In this document: positions 52,772-61,875 of the stretch, piece by piece
How positions within the stretch are numbered: the stretch's first letter is position 1
Layout: every line of letters starts with the position of its first letter
Source of the DNA: Gammaproteobacteria bacterium
Lineage (GTDB): Bacteria > Pseudomonadota > Gammaproteobacteria > Eutrophobiales > Eutrophobiaceae
Length of the DNA: 64,000 nucleotides
Assembly (NCBI GenBank): GCA_965243205.1
Contig: CBDEUK010000002.1
Coordinates: forward strand, 1 to 64,000
Direction of reading: 5' to 3'
The notes under the pieces: generated by a model
Databases searched by the model: none
Told to the model about the DNA's origin: nothing
The model's input: only the letters and a program-made list of their open reading frames with translations
Position numbers and translations under genes: made by a program

Positions 52772-53137
52772 ATGGCAAAAGTCAGCAAGAAAAAACGCAG
52801 TACTTCAAAGAAGAAATCTTCTGTAAGAAGGAAGGTTGCTAAGAAAAGAGTAGCTAAGAAAGCAGCTAAGAAAAGAGTTGCTAAGAAAAAAGCGAAAAAG
52901 AAAGTAACCAAGAAAAAGGCTAAAAAGAAAGTAGCCAAGAAAAAAGCTAAGAAAAAGGCTAAAAAGAAAGTAGCCAAGAAAAAAGCTAAGAAGAAAACTT
53001 CTAAGAAAAAGGCTAAAAAGAAAGTAGCCAAGAAAAAAGCTAAGAAGAAAACTTCTAAGAAAAAGGCTAAGAAAAAAGTAGCCAAGAAAAAATCTAAGAA
53101 GAAAACTTCTAAAAAAAGAAGAACCAAAAAAAAATAG
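52772..53137 (+). CDS. Histone H1-like Lys/Ala-rich nucleoid protein (possible extension to 53252 in the +1 frame)
   Basis: Tandem KKKVA/KKKAK/KKTS repeats; RBS AGGGGAG. Confidence 0.85.
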   Translation: MAKVSKKKRSTSKKKSSVRRKVAKKRVAKKAAKKRVAKKKAKKKVTKKKAKKKVAKKKAKKKAKKKVAKKKAKKKTSKKKAKKKVAKKKAKKKTSKKKAKKKVAKKKSKKKTSKKRRTKKK

Positions 53138-53277
53138 TTCGTCGTTAAGTTCTTCAGCTTCAAAGAAGCGTAAAGAAGCAAGGGCTAAAATACTAGCTCG
53201 AAGAAATAAACGATTAAAACTAGGAAAAAGTTTGGTTACCAAGGCAAAATAATTTTGCCAAGTGTACTCTTCTCTTT

Positions 53278-53309
53278 AAAAACCCTATCACTACGATAGG
53301 GTTTTTTTT
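53278..53309 (+). terminator. Rho-independent terminator
   Basis: AAAAACCCTATC-actac-GATAGGGTTTTTTTT. Confidence 0.9.
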
Positions 53310-53345
53310 ATGGAATTTTTAAGTCACTATTTTAATCATACGTAA

Positions 53346-55625
53346 ATGGCAAAAAAGAAAAGAAAGAAAGTCTCTCGAAAGAAAAAGTCGACTCGAAAAG
53401 TTAAAAAGTCTTCTTTTTTATCTAAACTTAAGTGGTTAATTTTTATAGGAATTTTAATATCACTAGGTATTTATGTTTTTATATTAGATCAACATATTCG
53501 TTCTGAATTTGAAGGCAAAAAATGGCAACTACCGGCACGTGTTTATGCTCAAGCAACAGAAATTTATATAGGCCAAAGCATTAAACTGAATGAAATAGAA
53601 GAAGAACTAAAAAAACTGGGCTATATAAAATCAAATTATTTATCACATCCTGGTCGTTACAAACAGTTATCAGCTAATAGTATTCAAATAACGACTCGTG
53701 ATTTTGAGTTTTGGGATGAATTAGAACCTCAACGATCGCTGCGTATAGACATTGCAGCTAATACGATTGTTAATATTACAGATCTTTCAAAGCAAGAAGA
53801 TCTGGCAGTTATTCGATTCGAACCGTTATTAATTGGCAAAATATACCCTGAACATAATGAAGATAGGGTATTAGTTGACATAGATTCTGTACCTCCAAGC
53901 TTAATTGAAGCTTTATTAGCAGTAGAAGATCGAAATTTTTATCATCATATCGGTATTGATCCTAAAGGTATCCTAAGAGCCATCATCAGTAATATACGCA
54001 ATGCAGCATTTAAACAAGGTGGAAGTACTTTAACTCAACAGTTAGTTAAAAACTTTTTCTTAACGCATGAACGTACACTGAGCCGTAAATTAAATGAATT
54101 TATTATGGCATTGATACTTGAATACCATTATTCGAAGAATGAAATACTCAATGCTTATCTAAATGAGATCTATTTAGGACAAAATGGTGCACGTGCAATC
54201 CATGGATTTGGTACAGCATCTGAATTTTACTTCGCAAAGCCTATAACAGAATTAAATGATGCTGAAATTGCATTATTGGTCTCTATTGTCAAAGGTGCTT
54301 CTTATTATAATCCACGTAAACACCAAAAACGCGTTATAGAGCGTCGTAATTTAGTATTGGATATGATGCATGAACAGGGAATTTTGACCGAACAAGCACT
54401 TAAAACAGAAAAAAAACGTTGGTTAGGTGTGACTAAGCAACAACCTGATTGGAGTGGCAGTGAATACAGTGCGTTTTTAGACTTATTAAAGCAGCAACTG
54501 TTTGAGTTTTACACTGAATCGCAATTACGTACTGAAGGTTTACGCATTTTTACCACTTTAATACCTTCATATCAGAAAAGTGCTCAACAAATTATATCAA
54601 AGCAGTTATCAAAGCTTGAGTCACAGCATGGAATTGAGAAAAACACACTGCAATCTGGCTTAATGTTAACAACAACAGATACAGCAGAGGTTTTAGCCGT
54701 TGTCGGTGCACGTAATAGCAAACAATTGGGCTTTAATCGTGCGATAAATGCTAAACGACCGATTGGCTCTTTAATTAAACCTGCTATCTATCTAACAGCC
54801 TTAGCAGATTATGCAAATTACAATGTATTATCACCTCTAGATGATAGTTCTATAAGTATGAAACAAAAAAATGGTGATGTATGGCAGCCTAAGAATTACG
54901 ATGGTAAAACACACGGCATTGTTCCTATGCATCAAGCCTTAGCGAAATCCTATAACTTAGCGACTATTCATTTAGGCATGGCTTTAGGTTTGGATAAAGT
55001 TATTAAAACCATAAAAAATTTAGGGGTTCAGCAAAATATTCCAGCTTATCCATCGTTATTATTAGGTTCTTTGGATTTATCGGTACAACAAGTCACACAA
55101 ATGTATCAAACCATTGCCAGTGATGGGTTTCAGGTGCCTTTAAACTCGATTAGAGCCATTATGGATAAAGACGGTAACATTCTTAAACGTAAAAATATCA
55201 AAGTAACACGGAGTTTAGATAATAAAGCGGTTTTTTTAACACAATCATTACTTATGAATGTGTTTCAACAAGGTACGGCGTCTTCTTTAAAGTATCGTTT
55301 TCAACATGCAATGCCATTAGCTGGTAAAACGGGTACAACTAATGGTTTACGAGATAGTTGGTTTGCTGGTTTTGGCTCCAACTTATTATCAGTCGTGTGG
55401 GTAGGGCGTGATGATAATAAACCCGCAAACTTGACGGGTGCGCGTGGTGCGATGCAGGTTTGGAGTGAATTAATGTCTAACTTGCCATTAGAGCGATTAA
55501 ATTTACAAACACCCGATGGTATTGTTGTGAGAACTGTCAAAACACTTGATAATCAATGTAATCAAGTATTGCGTTTTCCTTTTATTCAGCAAACAATGCC
55601 GAATGACTCGTATTTTTGCCAATAG
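53346..55625 (+). CDS. mrcB: Penicillin-binding protein 1B
   Basis: FEG..W.LPA.VY, EDR.F..H.G, GGSTLTQQLVKN, GSLIKP, S.N, KTGT; UB2H-like region. Confidence 0.95.
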   Translation: MAKKKRKKVSRKKKSTRKVKKSSFLSKLKWLIFIGILISLGIYVFILDQHIRSEFEGKKWQLPARVYAQATEIYIGQSIKLNEIEEELKKLGYIKSNYLSHPGRYKQLSANSIQITTRDFEFWDELEPQRSLRIDIAANTIVNITDLSKQEDLAVIRFEPLLIGKIYPEHNEDRVLVDIDSVPPSLIEALLAVEDRNFYHHIGIDPKGILRAIISNIRNAAFKQGGSTLTQQLVKNFFLTHERTLSRKLNEFIMALILEYHYSKNEILNAYLNEIYLGQNGARAIHGFGTASEFYFAKPITELNDAEIALLVSIVKGASYYNPRKHQKRVIERRNLVLDMMHEQGILTEQALKTEKKRWLGVTKQQPDWSGSEYSAFLDLLKQQLFEFYTESQLRTEGLRIFTTLIPSYQKSAQQIISKQLSKLESQHGIEKNTLQSGLMLTTTDTAEVLAVVGARNSKQLGFNRAINAKRPIGSLIKPAIYLTALADYANYNVLSPLDDSSISMKQKNGDVWQPKNYDGKTHGIVPMHQALAKSYNLATIHLGMALGLDKVIKTIKNLGVQQNIPAYPSLLLGSLDLSVQQVTQMYQTIASDGFQVPLNSIRAIMDKDGNILKRKNIKVTRSLDNKAVFLTQSLLMNVFQQGTASSLKYRFQHAMPLAGKTGTTNGLRDSWFAGFGSNLLSVVWVGRDDNKPANLTGARGAMQVWSELMSNLPLERLNLQTPDGIVVRTVKTLDNQCNQVLRFPFIQQTMPNDSYFCQ

Positions 55626-55642
55626 AAAATCTAATTAAATAA

Positions 55643-56248
55643 ATGACTATGAATCGATTGCGATTTTTATTCGCTAGTTATTGCTTATTACTACTCACTG
55701 CCTGTGGTTCTTCTAGAGTTGCTGTTCCTGTAGATGATAGAACCGCCTTACCTGATGAACCAATAGAATTATCCGATTCAGACTTAGCGGATAATTCACA
55801 AATAAGCATAGATAGCTCTGCAGATATAAGTAATCAAGCTAATAAGCCAGAAAGTTTAAAGCTTCAACAAAGCGAATCTCTTTCAAACCAGAGTCAAGCA
55901 ACGGCAAAGCCCGAACCCATTGTGTTAGCAATGTTGAATAAAGCAGAAAAACACATGGCAGCAGGTGAAGTTGAACAAGCCATCGACAGCTTGGAACGTG
56001 CGGCTAGACTTAAACCAAAAGATCCTTGGTTATGGCATTCAATGGCAGTTTTAAGATTACAAACAAAAGAGTGGGGCGAAGCAATTAATCTAGCTCAGAA
56101 ATCTATTTCGTTATCAGGTGGTCAACAAAAATTACTCGCTGGCAATTGGCAAATAATTTTGGATGCTAAAAAAGCCTTAGGTGATGAAACAGGTGTAATT
56201 GAGGCCGAGAAGAAACTTAGATTATATCAACCCGTTTTAACTTCTTAG
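55643..56248 (+). CDS. TPR lipoprotein, LpoP-like candidate PBP1B activator
   Basis: Lipobox LTAC, disordered linker, TPR (LERA.R..P.DP..W); directly after mrcB. Confidence 0.7.
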   Translation: MTMNRLRFLFASYCLLLLTACGSSRVAVPVDDRTALPDEPIELSDSDLADNSQISIDSSADISNQANKPESLKLQQSESLSNQSQATAKPEPIVLAMLNKAEKHMAAGEVEQAIDSLERAARLKPKDPWLWHSMAVLRLQTKEWGEAINLAQKSISLSGGQQKLLAGNWQIILDAKKALGDETGVIEAEKKLRLYQPVLTS

Positions 56249-56258
56249 GGTTATAGGT

Positions 56259-56714
56259 TTATTGTGTGGTAGCTGCCGCTCTGCCGCCACGTTTTTCCAA
56301 ACGAATTAAATCTTCCAAAATACCTTTGCCTGAAGATTCACGGATAATATCGCGATCAGGTTGTACAAACATACGACCTAATAAGGAATCTGATTCCTCT
56401 CCTTGTTGTTGTTTATCCATCTCTTCTTGTAATTCCATTTCCGCTTCGTAATCCATTTGTTCTTGTTCCGCTTGTAAACGTTTCATCAATTCTTTTTGTT
56501 GATACACAATTGAGTTTGGATTATGACTGTGTTTAACAGAACCATTATGTTTATAGCCTGATTTAGGAATGTTCGAGACCAGTTTTCCTTTTGGAGAATC
56601 TTTCACTACATGAAAATGCAAAATTTCGGTATCCGCAGCTTGAGTAATACTGGAAAGAATTGAAAAGATAAAAATTATTGAAAACCTTGAAACCTGTTTC
56701 ATGGGAAACTCCAT
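56259..56714 (-). CDS. Hypothetical exported protein
   Basis: 151-aa ORF with signal peptide (..TQA). Confidence 0.6.
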   Translation of the reverse strand: MEFPMKQVSRFSIIFIFSILSSITQAADTEILHFHVVKDSPKGKLVSNIPKSGYKHNGSVKHSHNPNSIVYQQKELMKRLQAEQEQMDYEAEMELQEEMDKQQQGEESDSLLGRMFVQPDRDIIRESSGKGILEDLIRLEKRGGRAAATTQ

Positions 56715-57104
56715 AACTGCGTATTTATTAATAACTTATGCTTAAGAATAACTAAGCTGGATTAAACTGCAAGGAATTTAATAATTGTCCTTTAAAAGAA
56801 TTTCCAGCCAACTTTATAAGCTATTGAAATATAGTTAAAAAACGACCGTATTTGAATGACTATAATATAGAGTAACACCTATATTAATGGATATAGAATG
56901 AGTTCACCGCTTCTTTGCATCCATGCAACCCCGGTATTAGTATTTTCTGATACGTCATGTGGACACATTAGATATAGGATCGATATACTATATTCATACC
57001 CTATCTTATTGATACAAGGAGGTTTTCCTAGATGTTACCTTTTAAATCCTATAATAGTTTAACGGACAAACTGTCCCTTAAAATAAAATATAGTTATGTA
57101 AACT

Positions 57105-57428
57105 ATGAGTAATAACCCACACGAAAAATTAGCAAATAATTTATATATAGGATCGCTAATATTTTTTCCTATATTTTTTATCGTTGTGAGTGTGATAGGG
57201 ACACAGAAAAACAGCATAGAAATAATATCTGTTCCAATAGAAAAACTTAAAAAGTATTGTGTTAATGGCAAATGTTTTATTGAAGCTAAAATTCAAGATA
57301 AAAACACAAGTAAAAAAATAACACTGCCAAACTTTCAAGAATTGAAAGTTGGTGATTTTATTTATGTGGAAAAAACATGTAATGAGTTTAGTACTAAAAA
57401 ACCATGTAAATACAGATTCAAACGTTAG
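57105..57428 (+). CDS. Cassette ORF, hypothetical membrane-anchored protein
   Basis: ATG 5 nt after GTTATGT; ends inside an attC right-end remnant. Confidence 0.65.
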   Translation: MSNNPHEKLANNLYIGSLIFFPIFFIVVSVIGTQKNSIEIISVPIEKLKKYCVNGKCFIEAKIQDKNTSKKITLPNFQELKVGDFIYVEKTCNEFSTKKPCKYRFKR

Positions 57429-57450
57429 ATTTTAAAAGGAAAAAAATAGT

Positions 57451-57948
57451 ATGGCGTACGATAAAACTGATTGGCATTCTGGAGGAGACTATCCTGAAGA
57501 TCTTCCTCCTGAAAACGGTGGAACTCATATAGGAATGTTCTTAGCTTGGATTATTAAATCACATTTAGAAGGTGTTTTTCATAAAGAAGCAGTAGAAGCC
57601 TTGGAAAAAGTTAGAAATGAATCAATGACTGGTAGAGAATACTTCTCCATGTATTGCGATGAAAAACTATGGGAAGATGATTTAAATGAAGAGGCAAATG
57701 CTTTCGCAAAATTTTATTATCTAGATGGTACTTATTTCGAGGATTATGAATCGATTTTGCTAAATAACCTCCCCACTCTTTATCATATTGAGAATACTTG
57801 GGAGAATTATCACAAACTTGAATCAAGGTTAACTGAGCGCTTTAATGAGTGGCGTGTAAATCATCCTTTTACACCTTCAACTGATGATTCCACTGGTCAT
57901 TCAGATCACGAATCAGAAACTAAAAAAACATGGTGGAAATTTTGGTAA
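57451..57948 (+). CDS. Cassette ORF, conserved-looking hypothetical protein
   Basis: YDK.DWH..G..P......THIGMFLAW; ends KTWWKFW just before attC. Confidence 0.8.
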   Translation: MAYDKTDWHSGGDYPEDLPPENGGTHIGMFLAWIIKSHLEGVFHKEAVEALEKVRNESMTGREYFSMYCDEKLWEDDLNEEANAFAKFYYLDGTYFEDYESILLNNLPTLYHIENTWENYHKLESRLTERFNEWRVNHPFTPSTDDSTGHSDHESETKKTWWKFW

Positions 57949-57949
57949 A

Positions 57950-58007
57950 ACCTAACCAATTATTCCAACCGGCCTTTAACGCGGCCGGCTAAATTCAAAT
58001 GTTATGT
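57950..58007 (+). other. attC site (58 bp)
   Basis: ACCTAAC-caattattccaaCCGGCC..GGCCGGctaaattcaaat-GTTATGT. Confidence 0.85.
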
Positions 58008-58019
58008 GCCGATACAAAT

Positions 58020-58574
58020 ATGAAAGATTTTAAGAAAATTATAAAATCTGAAGCAGAAAAAATGCATAAATTGCATCAAGCAGTTCATATTACATTACAA
58101 ACAAGAAGTAAGGATAGAGCCAATTGGCAAAAGGCATGTGAAGAATTCCATTCATATATTTCTGAAATAGACTCCCTTATATATAAAGTATATGAAGAAG
58201 ACGAATATTCAGATGCTGAATTACTGGAATTTGTAATAGCATTTTTGGAAATTGACCCACTATTTTTTAGATCAGGCTACATTAAGGAAGAAATGTTAAG
58301 AAAAATTAAGCGGTCTTCATTAACACCTAAGCAATTAAGTAGACTGCTCAATATTTTACATCATGCAGTTGAAAACAGAGGTACAAGAGAATTCAAAGCA
58401 TATTGTAGGCTGGCAGCAGTAATCGCAGATAAGAAACTTATTGGAGCCCTTGAAACAACAATAAGACATGGAAAAGGCGCTCAAAAAAGTCGAGCAGAAC
58501 TTATGTTCCAACATATTAATCAACAAAAGGCACATAACAAATCATTCCAGCCGACGGCTAACGAGATCGGCTGA
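58020..58574 (+). CDS. Cassette ORF, hypothetical helical protein (reads into attC)
   Basis: ATG after the core site; FLEIDP.FFRSGYIKE motif; terminal HNKSFQPTA is translated attC. Confidence 0.75.
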   Translation: MKDFKKIIKSEAEKMHKLHQAVHITLQTRSKDRANWQKACEEFHSYISEIDSLIYKVYEEDEYSDAELLEFVIAFLEIDPLFFRSGYIKEEMLRKIKRSSLTPKQLSRLLNILHHAVENRGTREFKAYCRLAAVIADKKLIGALETTIRHGKGAQKSRAELMFQHINQQKAHNKSFQPTANEIG

Positions 58575-58589
58575 ACTCAAACGTTATGC
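58532..58589 (+). other. attC site (58 bp)
   Basis: ACATAAC-aaatcattcCAGCCGA..TCGGCTGaactcaaac-GTTATGC. Confidence 0.9.
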
Positions 58590-58602
58590 ATATAGAAAAA
58601 TC

Positions 58603-59466
58603 ATGAATAAGACACTAGTTATCATTTTGTCAATGGGGGTTTCGATGTTTTCTTTTGGGAGAGATCATAAAGTAATAGATGTAAAATTCTACGAAGGTAA
58701 AGACGAGAAACCATTTGCACAATCAAATGTTCCGGTAGAACAACTTCCAGATACTTTTGAAATTGATACTACTATGCATTTTGGCGAAGATGACTGGAGC
58801 GTATTAGGTGCTGAACCTGCTCAAAAAACTGAATTTAAAAAAAGTGGTAAATTAAATTTATATCTTTCGAAAATCGAAATAACAAAAATTGATCCTAAAG
58901 AACTACTGTATAGCCTTCCGACTATAAGCAATGATATTGCTGGCGTTGAAGATACCAAATCATTAGAAAATGTTGCAGTCCTTCGAGAAGATGATTGGAG
59001 GCAGTTTGAATTTGTAGGAAGAGAGCATGAATCTTCAATAGAAAATGAATTTAAGTCTATCTCTGATATATATAAAAACTATCGTGAAGGCATGGGGTTT
59101 AAGGAGTTACATGTTAGGAAAATGATACCTTCTCCTTTGAGCAAGAACAATCTTACGCTTGAAATGCTTAAGTCATCATTTACTATAGAAAAAATATACT
59201 CTGGAGTAGCATTTAATAATGCAGCTGCAACAATAATAGGAGGTTTTGCTCTATATACTAAATCTGGTTGGCTACTTTGGGGGCAAGTTGATAATTCTGG
59301 AGTCATTTTGACACTAAATATAAGCCAAACTAAAGAATCAAGTATCAGAGGTATTTCCAAAGAAATTGATTCCTTTACAGAAAGAAATAATTTATACCTA
59401 GTGGATTGGCCAAGTCTGTTTTGGAGTGGTCAAGGAAAGCTCAATTTTTTAAAATATGGTGAATAA
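58603..59466 (+). CDS. Cassette ORF, hypothetical protein
   Basis: ATG after the core site; ..LYSLPTI..EDDWRQFEF..; stop directly before GCATAAC. Confidence 0.8.
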   Translation: MNKTLVIILSMGVSMFSFGRDHKVIDVKFYEGKDEKPFAQSNVPVEQLPDTFEIDTTMHFGEDDWSVLGAEPAQKTEFKKSGKLNLYLSKIEITKIDPKELLYSLPTISNDIAGVEDTKSLENVAVLREDDWRQFEFVGREHESSIENEFKSISDIYKNYREGMGFKELHVRKMIPSPLSKNNLTLEMLKSSFTIEKIYSGVAFNNAAATIIGGFALYTKSGWLLWGQVDNSGVILTLNISQTKESSIRGISKEIDSFTERNNLYLVDWPSLFWSGQGKLNFLKYGE

Positions 59467-59467
59467 T

Positions 59468-59499
59468 GCATAACAAATCATTTCAGCTGACTTTATGCA
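59468..59499 (+). other. Truncated attC (left arm only)
   Basis: GCATAAC-AAATCATTTCAGCTGAC then TTTATGC; right arm missing. Confidence 0.7.
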
Positions 59500-59547
59500 T
59501 TTATGATTGGACATGGCGTTTAGTTTCATCAGCTTAAGATTATACCA

Positions 59548-59799
59548 ATGAATTCAAATATCAATTTTTCTCCACAAGAACTCGAAGCAATGCATTCCAA
59601 TCACAAAATTAAAGCCATAAAATTAGTACGAGAGAGTAAAGGCTTAGGGCTTAAGAAAGCTAAGGACTTAGTAGATGATTACATGAGTCAAAATTCACAT
59701 CTTATCCAAAACCGTCCGAGTTCTGGTGGTTTTCAATTTTTTGTGTTTTTAATATTACTGGTTTTAGTGATTTGGTATTTTATGTTTAGCTCGTCGTAA
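59548..59799 (+). CDS. Small protein with L7/L12 C-terminal-like domain and C-terminal TM
   Basis: KIKAIKLVRE..GLGLKKAKDLVD. Confidence 0.7.
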   Translation: MNSNINFSPQELEAMHSNHKIKAIKLVRESKGLGLKKAKDLVDDYMSQNSHLIQNRPSSGGFQFFVFLILLVLVIWYFMFSSS

Positions 59800-59901
59800 A
59801 GTTTGTTGTATAACTTTTCAGCTGAAAATGAATAATAGGTTTTTATCAAATTACTCGACTTATAAACGAGTATTGTAAATAAATGATAAATTATATGAAT
59901 T

Positions 59902-60207
59902 ATGGAAGTTAAAGCTGAAATATTTGAAAACATGATGGTGCTTTCTACTGATACACAACAAGTCACAGTAAAATCTTCAGTGCCATTCACAACTAACAGA
60001 TTGTTAGTAGGCACGTTTGATCCTGCGCTAAATTGTATGAAAGATGGTTTGAACCAATTAGGAGCTGTTGGTTTATTTAAACTTAAGCCAAACATGATCA
60101 TACAACCAAAATCTATGGTTGAAGGTGGTCTTTCAGAAGTAGAAGAACGTTGTTTGTTAGAGTTAGGATTGTCTGCTGGGGCAAGTAAAGTAGAGATCCG
60201 AATTTAG
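59902..60207 (+). CDS. YjaA-like small protein
   Basis: PFTT.RLLVG.F..A, EGGLS.VEER...EL...AGA..V. Confidence 0.6.
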   Translation: MEVKAEIFENMMVLSTDTQQVTVKSSVPFTTNRLLVGTFDPALNCMKDGLNQLGAVGLFKLKPNMIIQPKSMVEGGLSEVEERCLLELGLSAGASKVEIRI

Positions 60208-60212
60208 ATATT

Positions 60213-60500
60213 CTAAAGTTTTTTAGGTGTTTTGCCTTTCAACTGATATGCAAACGCAATCACTTCTGCTACTGCTAAATAGAGTGTTTCGGGAATTTCA
60301 GTTCCTAATTCTACTTTCGATAAAAAATGTACTAAGTCTTTATCTTCTTTAATTGGTACATCATGTTCTTTGGCAATCTTTAATATATCTTCTGCAATGT
60401 AACCTTGGCCTTTGGCGCTAACAGTTGGCGCACCTTCACCATCATAATGTAAGGCAACGACTTGTTGATTAAGGTCAATTATTTCTTCTTGTTCATTCAT
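60213..60500 (-). CDS. FlhB C-terminal-like small protein (EscU/YscU/HrcU family)
   Basis: VAL.Y....AP.V.AKG.G..AE.I, IP..LY.AVAEV.AF. Confidence 0.9.
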   Translation of the reverse strand: MNEQEEIIDLNQQVVALHYDGEGAPTVSAKGQGYIAEDILKIAKEHDVPIKEDKDLVHFLSKVELGTEIPETLYLAVAEVIAFAYQLKGKTPKKL

Positions 60501-61795
60501 AAGTGTAAATCGATTAACTTATTTGCTTGAATGGATTGAGGCTGGAATTCTGGTTTGTTATGTAAAGTTGTTAATGAGTTTACTTTTAAACCCGCTTTGC
60601 TTAGTTGTTTCTCTAATCCTTCCAGATGTTGTTCAACTAGATCTAAGGTTTCAGCTTGGTCTGCCCACAATGAAGTATTCAATTCGCCATTGAATAAACT
60701 TAATTTAGCATACAGTTTACCTAAGCCTGTCATTTCTAATGTTAATTCTACTGACCACAAGCTTTGTTCTTCTGCATCAGAAGATTTTGTTTCTTGGTAA
60801 ACGGTTAAATCGAGATGATCGATATGTTTTTTATCAAGCACGGGAATCGAAGTGTTCCAAATCGGTAGTTCGACTTTATCAAGAACAACGGCATTATTTT
60901 GTTGAATAATGATTTTACTCAATGCTTGTTCAATAAACTTTATAGTTTCGACTTTATCGAAAAATTTTGGTAACTCTACCACTTGGTTATTATTATTCTG
61001 AGCTGCTTTTGTATTTTGTAATGCCGATTGTTGTTCTGCTTGTTTGGCATTTTGAGTTTCAGGTACGGTTGTACTGATTGGTTTTGTTACAGCAGTTGGA
61101 GTTGCATTTGTATTTGTTTGATTGGCTTGTACTTGCGTATTTTGTGGTTTTTCATTTCCCGTACTTTCTTTCAGTAGTGACAACAGTTTTAGTAAATTAG
61201 CCTTTAAATCATTTTGTACAAGAGTTGATTGTTGTGAACTTACCTTAGGACCATTTGCAATATTGGCTAAATGCGATTCTAAAAATAACCCCGATTGTTT
61301 CAAAGCTTGTTTCAGTCCTTCCTTATTCGATAACTGACTGGGTCCAGCTAAGGTTTGCATCAAGTTTTGTAACTGTTGTGTGACTTGAGTTGGTAATGAT
61401 GCTTTGAGATTTGGCGCGTTCAGTACCGTGTTTAAGGTTTTTACTAATGGCTCGAAATTAGGATTTTTTGGCAGAGTTGTTTTTAAAAGATCACTACGGC
61501 TATTTTGTAATGCAGCTAGCTGATTTTGCTGAGGAGTAGTTTTGGCCTCAACCGCTTTTAAGAGGATAGGATCGTTCAGGCTCTCTACTTTTAATTTTAA
61601 TTGTTGTCCTGTCGCTATCGAACGATCTGTATGTGCCTGAATTTTTTGATTATTTGCCAATAATTCAATTAGATTCCCTCCCAATTTAGCCGTTACAGTA
61701 GCGTTCAAAACCTGTCCGAGTTTCAACGAAATCACAGGTGATTTTGTATCCAGAGCAACGAGGTTTTGAGCTTTGATCGCAGAAGAGATTTCCAT
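60497..61795 (-). CDS. FliK C-terminal-domain protein
   Basis: SGLFLE, DLKA.LL, W.V.L.L....LG.L; translationally coupled to the FlhB-like gene. Confidence 0.8.
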   Translation of the reverse strand: MEISSAIKAQNLVALDTKSPVISLKLGQVLNATVTAKLGGNLIELLANNQKIQAHTDRSIATGQQLKLKVESLNDPILLKAVEAKTTPQQNQLAALQNSRSDLLKTTLPKNPNFEPLVKTLNTVLNAPNLKASLPTQVTQQLQNLMQTLAGPSQLSNKEGLKQALKQSGLFLESHLANIANGPKVSSQQSTLVQNDLKANLLKLLSLLKESTGNEKPQNTQVQANQTNTNATPTAVTKPISTTVPETQNAKQAEQQSALQNTKAAQNNNNQVVELPKFFDKVETIKFIEQALSKIIIQQNNAVVLDKVELPIWNTSIPVLDKKHIDHLDLTVYQETKSSDAEEQSLWSVELTLEMTGLGKLYAKLSLFNGELNTSLWADQAETLDLVEQHLEGLEKQLSKAGLKVNSLTTLHNKPEFQPQSIQANKLIDLHL

Positions 61796-61802
61796 GCTAA
61801 CG

Positions 61803-61829
61803 TCAGCGGCCGATTGGCATGAAACTTGA
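61803..61829 (-). promoter_or_regulatory. Sigma28-like promoter of the fliK-like operon
   Basis: TCAAGTTT-N11-GCCGCTGA on the minus strand. Confidence 0.6.
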
Positions 61830-61875
61830 GTTAAACTTTTGAAAATTAGACATATTTATCAAATTTGAGACCTCA

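Larger units (their letters stand above)
57093..60207 (+). mobile_element. Integron gene-cassette array without integrase (CALIN), partly degenerate
   Basis: Co-oriented short ORFs separated by two complete and two partial attC sites; core and inverse-core sites are complementary across each cassette. Confidence 0.85.

Noticed and set aside
52765-53242. Phe/Leu-rich minus-strand ORFs of 138 and 145 aa
   Set aside because: Mirror of the Lys-codon repeats of the histone-like gene
56720-57090. Integron integrase fragment or LexA box
   Set aside because: No IntI-like peptide or CTGT-N8-ACAG found by eye
58468-58602. N-terminal extension of the 332-aa ORF (and start 57999 of the preceding ORF)
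   Set aside because: Extensions run through attC sites; cassette structure favours starts at 58603 and 58020
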